DNA from: Dipteris shenzhenensis
Lineage: Eukaryota
Assembly (NCBI GenBank): GCA_047967505.1
Contig: CM106538.1
Direction: 5' to 3' (one strand)
Length of the DNA stretch: 64,000 nt
Shown here: positions 13,937 through 26,551 of the stretch, in pieces
Layout of the letters: each line of letters opens with the position of its first letter
Position numbering within the stretch: the first letter of the stretch is position 1
Made by a program: the position numbers and the translations under genes
Notes under the pieces: generated by a model
The model's input: only the letters and a program-made list of their open reading frames with translations
Told to the model about the DNA's origin: nothing
Database searches by the model: none

Positions 13937-14854
13937 TTGACTACCGACTCAGAGTTATGACTACCAAATCCTCTCACGCAATCTGACTTGCATCCACCCT
14001 ACTATCACACGCGAGCCCACACTCTGTGAACTTCCAACACAAAGAACGGAACTATAAGGACCAAGTGCATAGGATAGGCCTATAGTCTTACTTGACAATC
14101 ACTCTGCCAATGTGTGCTAAGAATCAGCCCACAAACACAATTTCCAGCTAGCACACTACCCGAAAACATGCTCAAAACAGATCCCTCGGCTCAAGGAGCC
14201 TGACCAAAGATTATCCTTTCTCTTTTTCAACCATGGCCTTAAAAGCCTTGAAGTGGCTGAACACTTCACTTTTGTGCTTCATAAAGTAAACCCACATTTT
14301 CCTATTGTGATCATCAATAAAGCTCACATAGTAGTGGCATCCACCAATAGAAGCGGCTTTGCTTGTCCACACATATGAGTGGATCACTTCCAAAGCTCTT
14401 TTGCTCACCTCAGCATTTTGGGCAATGTATGTCTGGCCTACTTGCCCATTTGGCATGCTTCACATGCCTTTTGCATTCCATCAACGCTGAATTTAGGCAA
14501 ACCTGCAATAATGTTTTTCATTTGCATAGATTTCAGCCTTTGTATATTCATGTGCCCAATGCGCTTGTGCCATATCTCAATCTCTGCAATGACGCCTCTA
14601 CCACAGGCATATCTACATCCAAGGTAAACATCCTGTCATTTCTGTTTCCTTTGCCACCAAGCGGCACTGATTTTTCAAGTCCTCACAAAGCATCCATTGG
14701 GATTAAATCTAACTTGCAGGCCTTGCTCAACCATTTGGCCAACTGAAACCAGGTTCTTGGTGATATTTGAAACATGAAGTACATCTGCCAAGAACTTCAT
14801 TTTGCCATCTTACATACCCAGTAGCACTTTACCATCTTGTGTAATTGGATACAC
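13937..14854. repeat. direct repeat A (partner 33192-34109), includes a Copia GAG-pre-integrase/integrase fragment on the minus strand
   Basis: Collinear with 33192-34109 and shares the same non-Copia/Copia junction ctgaccaaagatta. Translates to LEVIHSYVW...YYVSFIDDHNRKMWVYFMKHKSEVF. Confidence 0.9.
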
Positions 14855-15673
14855 TGTCTCTTCAACATGGTTGCTCTTTGAATCTTGTTGCATCCTAATA
14901 TATGTGTACATTTGGTACAATCTCTCATATAATGCCCAGTGGCCCACACCTATTACAAACATTGAGGAGATTTTTAGTTGCAACATATTTCTCATTGACG
15001 AGGATCATTTGGTGGACCAAGCTGGGGATGTGATTGTTTGGGGATGAAAATGAAAGCGCAGGAAATTGTACTTCACGTTGGGGTTCTTGGAGGCTAGTTT
15101 CTTGTACTTTGACCATGATCATGTTTGTTGGATTGACATATATATGTGGGGATCATATGGATGCACCGATGGAGAGCTCACCTCCAAGCTACTCTTGTGG
15201 AGAATAATGTAGTGTGGGACGGCCACAAGTGTCACTCTTGCGGTCCTCGGATTGTCGCCGATGCAATTCCACAAGAAAAGAATGAGGAGGAAGAAGGGGG
15301 AGAGGGAGAGGAGATCATGATCATGGTGAATGGGGAAGGGGACATAGTCTTGGCAATCACAACGAGCATACAAATGAAGATACAAGTCCAAAGAAAATGG
15401 GAGGAAGAAAGCTTGAACTTGTATTCCTTGATGCAAAACCAACAATGAAGATTAAGTCAAAGGTCTTCCCTTATATACAACTCACCTTTTTAAGGGAGGG
15501 ATAACCCTAACTCATCCTACAACTCTCTTACTCACTTGTTTTTCTCTTTTGTCGAGCCTGCCTTGGTGAGGCTTCTTCTTTTAGCTAAAATCTAGCTATT
15601 TACAACTAAAATAATGTACAAAAATAATGTAGTGAGAAAGTAGTATACAAGTAGTGTTACATGCCCCCCTTCC
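14855..15673 (-). mobile_element. Gypsy (Athila-like) LTR with PPT and gag zinc-knuckle scrap
   Basis: On the minus strand PPT GGAAGGGGGGCA (15673-15662) precedes TGTAACAC at 15661. Similar to the LTR pieces at 59.6-61.1 kb. TGHYMRDC knuckle remnant at ~14910-14960. Confidence 0.65.
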
Positions 15674-16149
15674 TATTGGTGTTCCATCCATGGATCAAGG
15701 GAATTTCAAAATGGAGGAGGTAAGGGCTGCTTGCATGAAATTATCTAGTCTTTGAGAAACGTGGGAAAAAATGTGATGTGGAGGCCAAAAATGTGTATCA
15801 TGCATGTCTTCAAATGTCCGAATATGATGTGCATAAAGATTTTGAACACAAAGATACGTCTGAGATGATGACAAGACCTTGGTTTAGGTAATTACGTAAT
15901 CACATGTTTTTTTCACAGTATTTACACCAGTATTCACAATTTATCATAATCACGTGATTAAAATAGTATTACCACACCAGTGACCACTGACTTGTTCACC
16001 TGCAAAAGCCTGTCGGGATTCTGGCTTTTCTCATCGGGGCCCATTGGGCACTCGTAATTTCCCGACGGGGCCAGTTGGGGCCCACCAGGATACTTGGATA
16101 TCTCAGTGGGCCCCGATGGGGAAAGACAAAAGTCTGGTGTTTAAAACAA

Positions 16150-16620
16150 AGTTAGGTTTTGGCACTTGGTCGTTTGTTCGACCGTGTGTGTCATTACATG
16201 TTTGATCATCACTATGCGAAAGCTCATCACTTTGTCATTCACTCGACATTCATGTCGTCTTTCCTTTCATTGCATAGTCGTTCTCGTGCATATGCTCTTG
16301 TTTTCCATGAATGTGCATGTCATTCTTTATGTGCTTTAATACAAAAAATCCCATGTAATTTTGTTTCATCACTATGAGAGAGCTCGGCTCTTTGTTGTTC
16401 ACTCGGCATTCGTGTCATCTCTCATTGCATTGCATATTCTTTCTCATGCATATTTCAATTTTTGAATCACTAGGAATTTGCAAGTCATTATTTGTGTGCT
16501 TTAATATGAAAAAGGATGCCACATAATTTCATTTCATCATCACTATGCGAGAGCTTGACACTTTGCCATTCACTCATCATTCGTGTCATCTCTCATTGCA
16601 TTGCATATTCATTCTCGTGT
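16150..16620. repeat. subterminal-type tandem repeats (~165 bp x3), mirrored at 31620-32100
   Basis: Unit core tcatcactatg(c/a)ga(g/a)agct...cattc(g/a)tgtc(a/g)tct...cattgcata. Confidence 0.75.
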
Positions 16621-16779
16621 ATATTCACATGAAAAAGGATGCATGTCCAACTCTGTGGAGATGGGATTAGGGTTATGTGTGTTCTTTGATTGTGAGTTGA
16701 TGTATGCAAAATGACTACTACAGGTTTTCATTTCATAGTATGTGTCTTGTCTGATTGCGAGTTGCTTTGCTATGTAGAA

Positions 16780-18200
16780 TGTTTGCTCGAAATTATGATA
16801 AAAAGGAGAGAAAAGATGTGAGAATGCTCTTAGGAGAGAGTTAGTGAATGAGATCATGCACATGTTTCTAGTTGCTATTGAGGGCACGATATGTAATGCT
16901 ATGACTCTCGATGACTTTGTTCGAGCAATATTGAGTGCAACTAAAAGATGGCTGCAAGTAAAGGGAAATACACACCTTACTGAGCCAGCTCTGTGGTGCA
17001 TAGAAGTCGTTAAACACGTGCTTGAGCATGATTAGGAATATCGACAAGTGTGTCAGTGACAATGGAATGCTTGTGTCACAAGAAGATAGTGAAAGAATAA
17101 CACATTGGGATGCACAGTGGATAGAGGAGAAGCAAAGGAGGAAGAGGGAAAAGGATGTAGATACGCAACTCACATTAAGTAAGCATCAGAGAAAGGAACT
17201 AGTTGAAGGCACTAGAGGTGCTGATGTAGAAAAGAGTGCTACAAGGGTGACATGAGATGTAGGGGGGATTTCTCATATAGAACACACATCATGAAACCAT
17301 GAGTGCTTGGTGGTGATCGCCGTTTCGTACGATGCTATGCTGTGGCAAGAAAAGGTTGGGAAGGGATCATACGGTGCTTGTCACAAGGTCAAGTTTGTTG
17401 GAGTTCATTCTTTCCAAAACATGTGACATATTATGCAAAGAAGTACACTGCACGATCAATAGGGAAACAGTTTGAAGCCTTCGACATCGAGCAAGGAATG
17501 CAAAAAGGCCACCCTTGTCTCGTGCATTGCATAGCAAATGCAGGAGCAGCACCATGGGTGACACCATATTTCCTTTCTTTAATGGTGTACCTTAGGCCAG
17601 TTTATGATGCAACGACCTTTTTTGAAGGGTTCATTTAGGCATCATGAACTTAAACTAAGGCAACGAGGAATGATTCAAGAGACAAAGGAAAGATCTGGTG
17701 CTTGCAACCAAGGAGATGGCAAGGATGCAAGGATTGTTTACACATCTGACCTCGAGTCTATGTGCACTTGTAGATTTTATGGCCGTTGCACATAGTGTGG
17801 GAGTCATGCACTTTTATTTGCATGCACATAATATTGTTTTGGATTTATTATTGATTGGGGCCTTATGTTGAAGGCCGGTGAGTCCAAGCCAGCTACCAAT
17901 TTTGTGAGCAGAGTTCCCGGCATGACATCGATAGAGTACATGATGAGGAAGACTCAGGCAGTTCGAGGGAGTAAGTGGTTGAAAGAGTGGTTGGCCCCGG
18001 AGATTCTAGATCCTACATGCTTAAGTGAATATTCTAAAGGCTCGGATGTATATGCTCTCGGATGGCTCATCACTCAAATCATCACGTTTTGGAAAGAATG
18101 CATGTCTATTAATCTAAAGCAAGAATGGTGTGAGCATGACACTGATAGTCAGTCATGCGTCCATCTGCGGAGATGGGTCCGAGGTTGTGAACAAGGGAAT
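16780..18200 (+). pseudogene. apparently intronless atypical protein kinase (copy 1), decayed
   Basis: EKVGKGSYGACHKV (~17348-17390), YYAKKY, HPCLVHCIA, GVMHFYLHAHNIVLD (~17800-17845), frameshifted IDWG, WLAPEIL (~17990), SKGSDVYALGWLI. Kinase subdomains I-IX occur in order across frameshifts. Confidence 0.8.
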
Positions 18201-18489
18201 AATTTTTTTAATATGATGTTATTTGAAATGGTTATTGTTATTCCAAAGTGGAAAACTTGGTGAAACAATGCAATTAGCATCAACATGTGACATTGTATAT
18301 ACATTCATTATTCAATTGTTTTTCATCTGTAATATTTACACTTCTTCTCAAGTCTTTTCATAATTTTTTAAAGTTGTGTTTAAAACTTGAATTTTACACT
18401 TTTTTGTCATGTTGAAAAGCTAATTGCTGTAATCCTATGTCTGAAATTTAATGTGTTGTTTCTATGAATTTGTTTTTGCAAACATACAT

Positions 18490-18690
18490 AAAAATGACCC
18501 TTGAAAGGTCCTATTTAGGGGCAAGGGTCATCTTTACAAGCACTATAATTTCGAAGCACATAATTTAGATCATTTGTCCAAGCACGATAACTGGGGTCTT
18601 TTTGGCAAGCATGATAATTTAGAAGCACGATAGCTGGGATCTTTTTGGCAATCATGCTAATTTCTCAAGCACGATAACTAACGACAATAT
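18490..18690. repeat. small hairpin plus AAGCACGATAA motif array (mirrored at 29590-29750)
   Basis: atgacccttg...caagggtcat stem at ~18495-18530, followed by about 7 copies of aagcac(g/t)ata(a/g) variants. Confidence 0.7.
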
Positions 18691-18863
18691 TCGACCATAT
18701 TAGCGAGTAAGAAAAATTGTTATTATAACCTTACGTCATGAACACTGTCATGATGTGGTTTACTTTTATTTTGAATTTGAAGTTTAAACTTTTTACTTGT
18801 GATTCAAGCTTAATGTTTATTCAAATTTTTGGGGCAATTTAACAGTTCACCACACACATCCGC

Positions 18864-19958
18864 ATGGCTGAACAAGAAGAGCAAGAGCGCAACTTTTGAC
18901 AGGGGAAAGTGAGCATTGACAAGAGAGGAACAAGAGTAGGAGGAACTAGCAAAGGAGAGAGCTAGAAAGTCATTCGGATGTATGCATGTCTTAGCTTTGG
19001 GAATGGATGCTGAAGGGTCCAATCGGGTTGCATCTGGGACTAGCAAGTGGGCCAAAAGCATCCCTTTAGTGGAAGAAGGTAAATAAATAGATTTCTACTG
19101 ACAACATGCATATAGTATGGCCGGTGGCCATAAGCGAGGCATGAAAGGGGCGATGGAAGGTGGACAAGTGACTCTAGGAAGACATCGAGGCAAATGCCGA
19201 GAGGATATACCTCGAGGTGTTAGGACACCACCTACATCACTCTAACTATCCTTTAATCTTTGCCAAAATGCTATACATGCAATTTGTTCGGAGTCTGAAC
19301 ATGGACTTCTCTTCTAAGGAGGTCATCACTACTGTTCATGATATTAGAAGAGAGATAGTCATGTTCACTTGGGAAGAGTTGAATCTAGTGCTTAAAGGAG
19401 CTGCCTTGGAGCTAAAGGTTCACTCAAACTCCCTTCTAGAGAGATTGAGCCAACAAGATACAGAGGCAAAGAGGTGGCATGACTTCATGCAAACCCAAAA
19501 TGCCACCACATGCAATACACGCCGATGCAGCAAATGATGGCATGGAACGAATGGAGATTAGAAAACTCCAATAATTGGTGAAGAAACTTAGTGACTCATT
19601 AAAGTAACATGAGAACTCTATCAGTGTGAAGCACTTGAATAACATTGAACTTGTACTTGTCGAAGGCAGTTCAAATTTGTCATAGTGTCTTGTTTGCAAC
19701 CTAGTTTTTTAATAGTTGGTTGGGGCATTACAGCCTACCATGAGGGCATACTATCATCTCAAAAGCTTGATAAATCATTTGAAAAGAAGGGTTTCTTGTC
19801 CCATTTGTGTAATTCCATTGCCTCATACACTATACAAAGTATTCAGCTTGTAGAGGTATTATGATATGTTAACAGGAGCTGCAGCAAGTACTGGTAGTTT
19901 TATTCGCAATCTTTTTGAGAATTTTGAGGAAGGAAGTCACAATGAGCCTGCTCCATGA
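18864..19958 (+). pseudogene. coiled-coil + C-terminal RING-H2 protein (putative E3 ligase), copy 1, decayed
   Basis: MAEQEEQER start, helical FAKMLYMQFVR...MERMEIRKLQ region, then CLVC...SLP*GHxYHLKSL...VSCPIC at 19686-19810 across a frameshift. Confidence 0.65.
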
Positions 19959-20197
19959 CATTTGAAATTTTTTTAATGAATTGTAACACTTTTTATGATA
20001 TGCCAGCTAACAATATTATAACATTGACGAGGCAAATGTAAATACTCATTGACAAAGCAAATGTAAATATAAAGAGCTATCATATCCTTTATGAGTAAAT
20101 GTGCGTCTACATTTTTCACAAAATTTGAAAAAAGATAAGGTTTGTGCAACAATGTTTTCTAAATATTGATGTTTACTTGAGAGTAAGTTTATAACTT

Positions 20198-21630
20198 CTA
20201 TTCCTCTTCACTGTTGAATATTTCATCTATAACATTTACCAAAGAATCCCTTTCATTAACTTCCAATTCTAAATTGTCATCGATCTGTTGCTCTGTAACA
20301 ACTTCTCTTCATACCTCCACATCATCATCCAATTGGTCTTCAACGTGACAATCATAGGTCCATTGTGGTGCTTGTTCTTCATAATTATTAGACTCAACAT
20401 GTCACGAGATGCAATTATTGCAATACATATACACCAATTTCTTAGCTCGATTAGCCAACAATCAATTGTGAATAGTGCTATGCACGTACTTATATGTACT
20501 CCAGTTTCTCTCTGAACTAGAGTTTGAAGAGCATTGAGCAAGTACATGCATTTCCAAAGGCTTGAATAGTTTGCAGCTCGTACCATTCAACATCCACCAC
20601 TTCCACACCGGCATTTGTTTAGCCAACTTTTGTACAAAGGCATCACTAAATCTGCCCTCTTTCGATTGATATTTTGTGAACTTTGAAATGCACTGAGTAG
20701 CTTCATCCCTATTTGGGTATGCTCGGTCTTAGGATGCCAATTCCAATACTCAGGATCCAAAAGATACCCTACGTTGTGCAACAGATTATGTGCAGATACC
20801 CACCTTCAGTGAAAATATTTCAACAACAAATGACGTTTTCTCCTAGTGTATGGTACTCTCAATGTGGTCACAACTGAGTCTTTCAACTCTTCTGGCTCTT
20901 GCAGGCTCTGTTGTACACCCCACCAAGTCATCCATACCTTTTCCATTCAAGGCATTTTCGTGTTAAGCGCTTTGATAGCATACATCACAGGCATCATTAT
21001 ATGGTATGCATCTCCGACATTCTTCCAGAGCAAGTCCATGTCAACTATTATTTTCCACTGAGCACTCTTATTCCAAACACTTTCTTTTTGTACCTCTTCC
21101 CACCTTCTATAGAGAGTGCATGAGGATGTCTCCTTAATAGCATCTTTGTTTTTCAACAAAGCCTCAAGAACATAAAAGTGCATACAAAATCTTGTTCCAA
21201 CTGGTAGCGTTGACAAAAGATGTGAAGAACTCGTTGTCTATTAAGTATGAATTTATCTATCCTACAAGACTTATCAATAGGTTCTCTGAACCATTGCATG
21301 TCTTCACTCTTGTACCAATCCTGTAGAACTAAATTCAAACTGTGAGTATTACAAACAGTGGCATATATGTGCGGATAACTCCTTTGAATTATACTTTCAG
21401 CAGCTCTGCAATTTTTTGCATTATCCATCACCACCTGTATTACATGTGTTGCTCCCACACTATTGATAGCCAAAACGATGACTTATGCGATGTACCCACC
21501 CGTCTTTATTTGACTAGAGCTATCAGCTATTTGTAAGAAACATTCTCCATGAGGTGAAACAAGCATTATGTTTATAAGAGGCCGACGTTGCACATTTGAC
21601 CAACCATCACTCACAATTGTACATCATGAA
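20198..21630 (-). mobile_element. hAT transposase (DUF659 + dimerisation domain), 5'-truncated, copy 1
   Basis: CTIVSDGWSNVQRRPLINIML, VIQVVMDNAKNCRAA, CNTHSLNLVL, TRF, LHNVGYLLDPEY, QRNWSTYKYMHS, acidic tail. Multiple lesions. Confidence 0.9.
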
Positions 21631-21639
21631 AGATCAGAT

Positions 21640-21861
21640 GTTGATGGTCCGGTTACGCCAGTCCCAAGCGATGGGCATTATACAGGTATTCGATGTAGGC
21701 TTATTATAAGTGCTTGGATAAGTACTACTCGGTGCAACCATACGCCAACTTAGTTAACAGAAACACGTAGAGAATCGGGGTGTGCTAAATAAAGAAGATA
21801 GTAGGGATGAGGAGAAGGAGGTAGATACACAGTGAGGGAAAGCCACCTCGACTTTACCCAA

Positions 21862-21900
<39 letters not shown>

Positions 21901-22162
21901 ATGAACCCTCTTAATCACACAGGAAAGAAGCGATACAAAATAAAGGTAGAAACTGTCTCTTGTATTGAAGTTACTCAACAATAAGGGACAATGGTAACAT
22001 ACAACTCCACTATTGAATCTAGCGAACCCGCCTCCTTTCCTATGCTGTCTAAAATAGATGTGTACAAGAGGGCACCAATTTTGACCTTGGCGAAATCAGG
22101 GTGTGTAATTAACTCTAGATTTTACCAACTTTCCTAACCGCTTGCTTTTGAACTACTAACCT
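21640..22162. mobile_element. LTR-like fragment with (CT)n truncating the hAT gene (mirrored at 26046-26550)
   Basis: Non-coding segment abutting the transposase break in both arms. LTR identity is inferred from composition only. Confidence 0.4.
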
Positions 22163-23809
22163 CCTTTGCAATCAGTGGCTTTGCATAACTTCCTTTTCAT
22201 CACTTAATCACCTTGATTGCTGAAGTATTTAGCATGACAATATATTTTGTGTGTCTTGCATATTTCAAATTTAGTTATAAAATAAACATTATTGTACACT
22301 AACTTAAAACATATTTCGTTGCAAGGCTGAAATTGTTCTTTCAAAAACCAAACCCAAAACATACTTAAGTTTAATTATTATAATATCACTAAATAGAACC
22401 AATTTTGGAATTTATAAAGAAGCAACTTTTTATTTATTAGGAAATTGATACAAGATTTGTGAGGTATGCCTTCACAATAGAATCAATACAAATTTCAATG
22501 ACAAGTTGCTCTGAACAAAGACGCTACATATGATATACCCCAACCTGTTGAGTTCACTACTATTATACATATATCCCAGCCCATTGACAAGACTTCGCTA
22601 CCTCCAAAATTTGAGATTATGAGGACTCCACTATCTCTAGAATATGTATTTTGAAGTTGTTTGAACAATATTTCTTGATCTCATCTTAGAAATAGGTCAT
22701 AGAAGAGATGAAAAATACATAAAGAAAAGTGGCATGACTTATCTTACTCGAAGAAGATGTAAACAAAAGAAATAAAAGTGATGTGAAGAGCTTCAAACCT
22801 GATAAAATGTGCTATTAAAGATATAAGTTTGTGGAGGTGCTGCAACAATAATCTCTACAACAACAAACTCATCACCTCAAGAGAAGTCATGCAAAGAGAT
22901 AGGTCACAAAGGAGATAAAAAATACAAAAAACAAAGAGGCATGAGACCTCCAAACCTTTCTAGATGGACTCACATAGAAGATACGAAGTCGCCAAGGTAC
23001 CATAATCCTAAACCACTTCAATAGTGCTTGTAACAAGAGAGATGGAAGAGGAATCCCGAGAGAATAGAATACATCATCGAACAATGAGACATCAAATATT
23101 AATTTCATTAAAACATAATGGCACATTACAAGGAATACAATGCTTCTTTGTGATACTACATCATGGTACAATGAAACAGCCACAACAATAATCTTTGGAA
23201 CATTTAGTAGTCTTCATTTGTTGGTTTGACACAATGAGATAGAAATGGTTTGGCTCTAATGTTTTGTGCAATAAAGGCAGTATATCGTATTCTTTATTTA
23301 ATAGACACATATATGCTCTCCAAAAAGAGCTCTCTAGAAAGATTATTGGTATAGATGATTTGGATTACTTTTGACACAATAGTATGCAAAGGCTCTCCAA
23401 CATTTTTCTCCCGACATAAATAGACACATAAATAGACACAAAAAATTTTGCTTTGAGGATCTATATAATATAAGTGATGATTCATTGGAAAAGACTGTAA
23501 GGAACTCGGGAGGTGAGAAAGTATCGGATGCCTAAATCACAGCAACCATTCAGTTAGATGCAAGACAAAAGATTGAGACTAAGCAAAGACTTATGTGAAA
23601 GTAAGTAGAGATTCTATTATTTGCTTTCATATTCTAGTCGATCCTCTTTTGCATCATGGTACTTGTTTATGTATAACACTACATTCAGAAGTTTTGGACT
23701 CGAGTTAAGTCGAATTTAAGAATTGGACCAAACAAAATTCCAAATTTTTGAATACCATAGTAGAATGGTTTTGTTCCTCTTGCTTTCAAAACAAATATTA
23801 TTGACAGGC

Positions 23810-25709
23810 TAGGACATGATGGGTATACATCACAACACTATGCCTATAGGGTCAAGGTTCTATAGGAACAAGAGCCCACATGCTTTGAGGATGTAGTAGG
23901 CCATAAACATTGGGAAGTAGCGATGGATGAAGAGGTGGCTACCATGGATGCAAACCACACTTGGGATTTGATGCCTTTGCTTCATGATAAGAAGGCTATT
24001 GGCTACAAGTGGCTTTACAAAGTAAAGCACAATGTTGATGTACCTGTGAGTAGGTACAAGGAATGATTGGTTGCTAAGGGTTTTGCACAAACATATGGAA
24101 TTGATTATGAGGAAACCTTTAGCCTGGTTACAATGATGGAAACTGTGTGAGAAGTAATTGCTATGGTTTCTGCAAAAGGATGGTCTTTACATCAGATGGA
24201 TGTGAAGAATGCTTTCTTGCATGGTGATTTTCAAGAAGAGGTGTATATGGTGCAACCACAAGGCTATGAGGATGATGCACATCCAAATTTTGTATGCAAG
24301 TTGTGCAAAGCCTTGTATGGCCTATATCAGGTGTCCATGGCATGGTCGGACAAGATTTTTCACTTTATGTGAACAGGAAAAACATGGGGATTGTGCTTGT
24401 AGTCATCTATGTTGATTAATTGATTATTATAGGTGATAGTGATGTAGACATCAGTGAAGTGAAGCTACTTTTGAGCAAAAATTTGAGATGAAGGATTTGG
24501 GAGAGCTGCATTACTTCTTGGGCATTGAGGTTATTAGATCCCCTAGTGGGATATGGCTATTGCAAAGGCAATATGTCTTGGACATCCTGTCCAAATATGG
24601 GATGACAGGATGTAAGCTATTTCTATTCCATTGGAGCAGAATGTGAATCTTAGTGTAGAGGCATGTGAGCTTCTTGAGGATATTACTATGTACAAGTGCA
24701 TAGTAGATAGCTTGATTTACATGACTATCACTAGACCAGATTTGAGCTATGTTGTGGGGTTGGTAAGCCGGTTTATGTAGGCACCAAGGAAGCCACATTT
24801 GGATGCAGCTAGATGCATACTGCAGTATGTGAAGTCCACATTGCATTATGGACTATTTTATGAAGCTGGGTGTTAGTTATAGGTACATGGGTACACAGTT
24901 GCTAGCTGTGATGGTAGTGTCTCAGACAGGAGACCTACTAGCGGTTTTACGTTTTCCCTTGGGAGTGTTGCAGTAAGTTGGAGCAGCAAGAAGCAAAAAA
25001 CAATTGCCTTGTCGAGCAGAGAGGCTGAGTATAGGGGTGCATCTATGGTTGCATGTCACGAGGTAGCTTGGTTACAAAAGCTTCTTGCAGATATGGTGGG
25101 CAGTCAGTACATGGAGCAATTGTCATTTATTGTGACAACATTAGGAGCATTATGCTTGCTAATAACCTAGTTTATCATGCTAGGACAAAGCACATTGAGG
25201 TTCATTATCACTTTGTAGGGAGAAGGTTCTAGCAAATGACATTGATCTAAGTGTGTATGTGAGCACTGAGGAGCACGTGGATGATATTTTGATGACGGAA
25301 TTGGGTACATAGAAGTTTTGTAGATTTAGCAGTTTTGTTGGTGTACTCGAGATGGATTTGAGATTGGGTGGGAGTGTTGAAATATCAAGCTCAACCCTCG
25401 ATGTATCTCCAAGGTGACTATCATTTATGTCATCACCTTTGTTGGTTGTACTTGTGGTGTAGTTAGACTACCACATATGTTTTGTTTTAGGTTCACATAT
25501 TAACCACGTATTCTAGGGAGACATTAGGTTCTACAATTTCTCTCCCTGTCCGAGTGCCCTATACCCCTCTCCTATTGTATTTTTGTTGTGTACTATCTTT
25601 AAGTAAGTGAAGATAAGCTTCAGCCTGCACATCTTGTGTCCTCTCTCTCTTGTGTGTGTTTTGAAGAAGCTGCAAGTGAGTCTCCTCCATCTCTCCCGCA
25701 ATCTTTACA
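23810..25709 (+). mobile_element. Ty1/Copia 3' half (RT-RNaseH-PPT-3' LTR), decayed
   Basis: [45 protein letters not shown] ~25366-25374. LTR 25375-25709 TG..CA, same family as the LTRs at 35.7, 52.2 and 58.4 kb. Confidence 0.92.
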
Positions 25710-26551
25710 CATGTTGGTGCCCTTATGATGTTGGGAATTAGCATGGGGATAAATTCTCTCCCTCACAATGAAATTATTGTCTAAAAATCTTACAATGGGT
25801 TTAGTGCCTTTGATAGTGTGCTAGACAAAAGTGTATGTGACGGCGGGATGTTTACTACAATGACATGTGAGCCTATGTGTGTTAACCCTTGCACTTAGTG
25901 AGATATATCTTCTCCCCCTCAAGACCCCCAGTAGGTTGGGAGGTTTCTTTAGGTTGGTTTGTGTTGACCCCAGGGTTAACCTGTGCTTTGAGGTTAAACT
26001 CGAGTCTACCTACCGGTTTCCCAAGATCACTAGGCAAGGAGAGATAGGTTAGTAGTTCAAAAGCAAGCGGTTAGGAAAGTTGGTAAAATCTAGAGTTAAT
26101 TATGCACCCTGATTTTGCTAAGGTCAGAATTGGTACCCTCTTGTACACATCTATTTAAGACGGCATAGGAAAGGAGGTGGGTTCGGCAGATTCAATAGTG
26201 GAGTTGTATGTTACCATTGTCCCTTATTGTTGAGTAACTTAAATACAAAAGATGATTTCTACCTCTATTTTGTATCGCTTCTTTCCTGTGTGATTAAGAG
26301 GGTTCATCATCATCTCAAGAGAGAGAGAGGGTTTGGGTAAAGCCGAGGTGACTTTCCCTCACTTTGTATCTACCTCCTTCTCCTCGTCTCTACTGTCTTC
26401 TTTATTTAGCAAACCCCGATTCTCTGCGTGTTTCTATTAACTAAGCTGGCGTATGGTTGCACCCAGTAGTACTTATCTGAGCACTTACAATAAGCCTACA
26501 TCAAATACCTATATCATGCCCATCGCTCGGGACTGACATAACCGGACCAAT

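Larger units (their letters stand above)
14855..22162. repeat. left arm B of large inverted duplication
   Basis: Reverse-complement match to 26046-32839. Segment 15433-16140 is replaced by ~150 bp in the right arm. Confidence 0.95.

Noticed and set aside
18535-18690. CRISPR-like repeat/spacer appearance (also 37745-38232 and 6765-6850)
   Set aside because: Repeats are short and degenerate, the spacers are themselves repetitive, the context is eukaryotic, and there are no cas genes.
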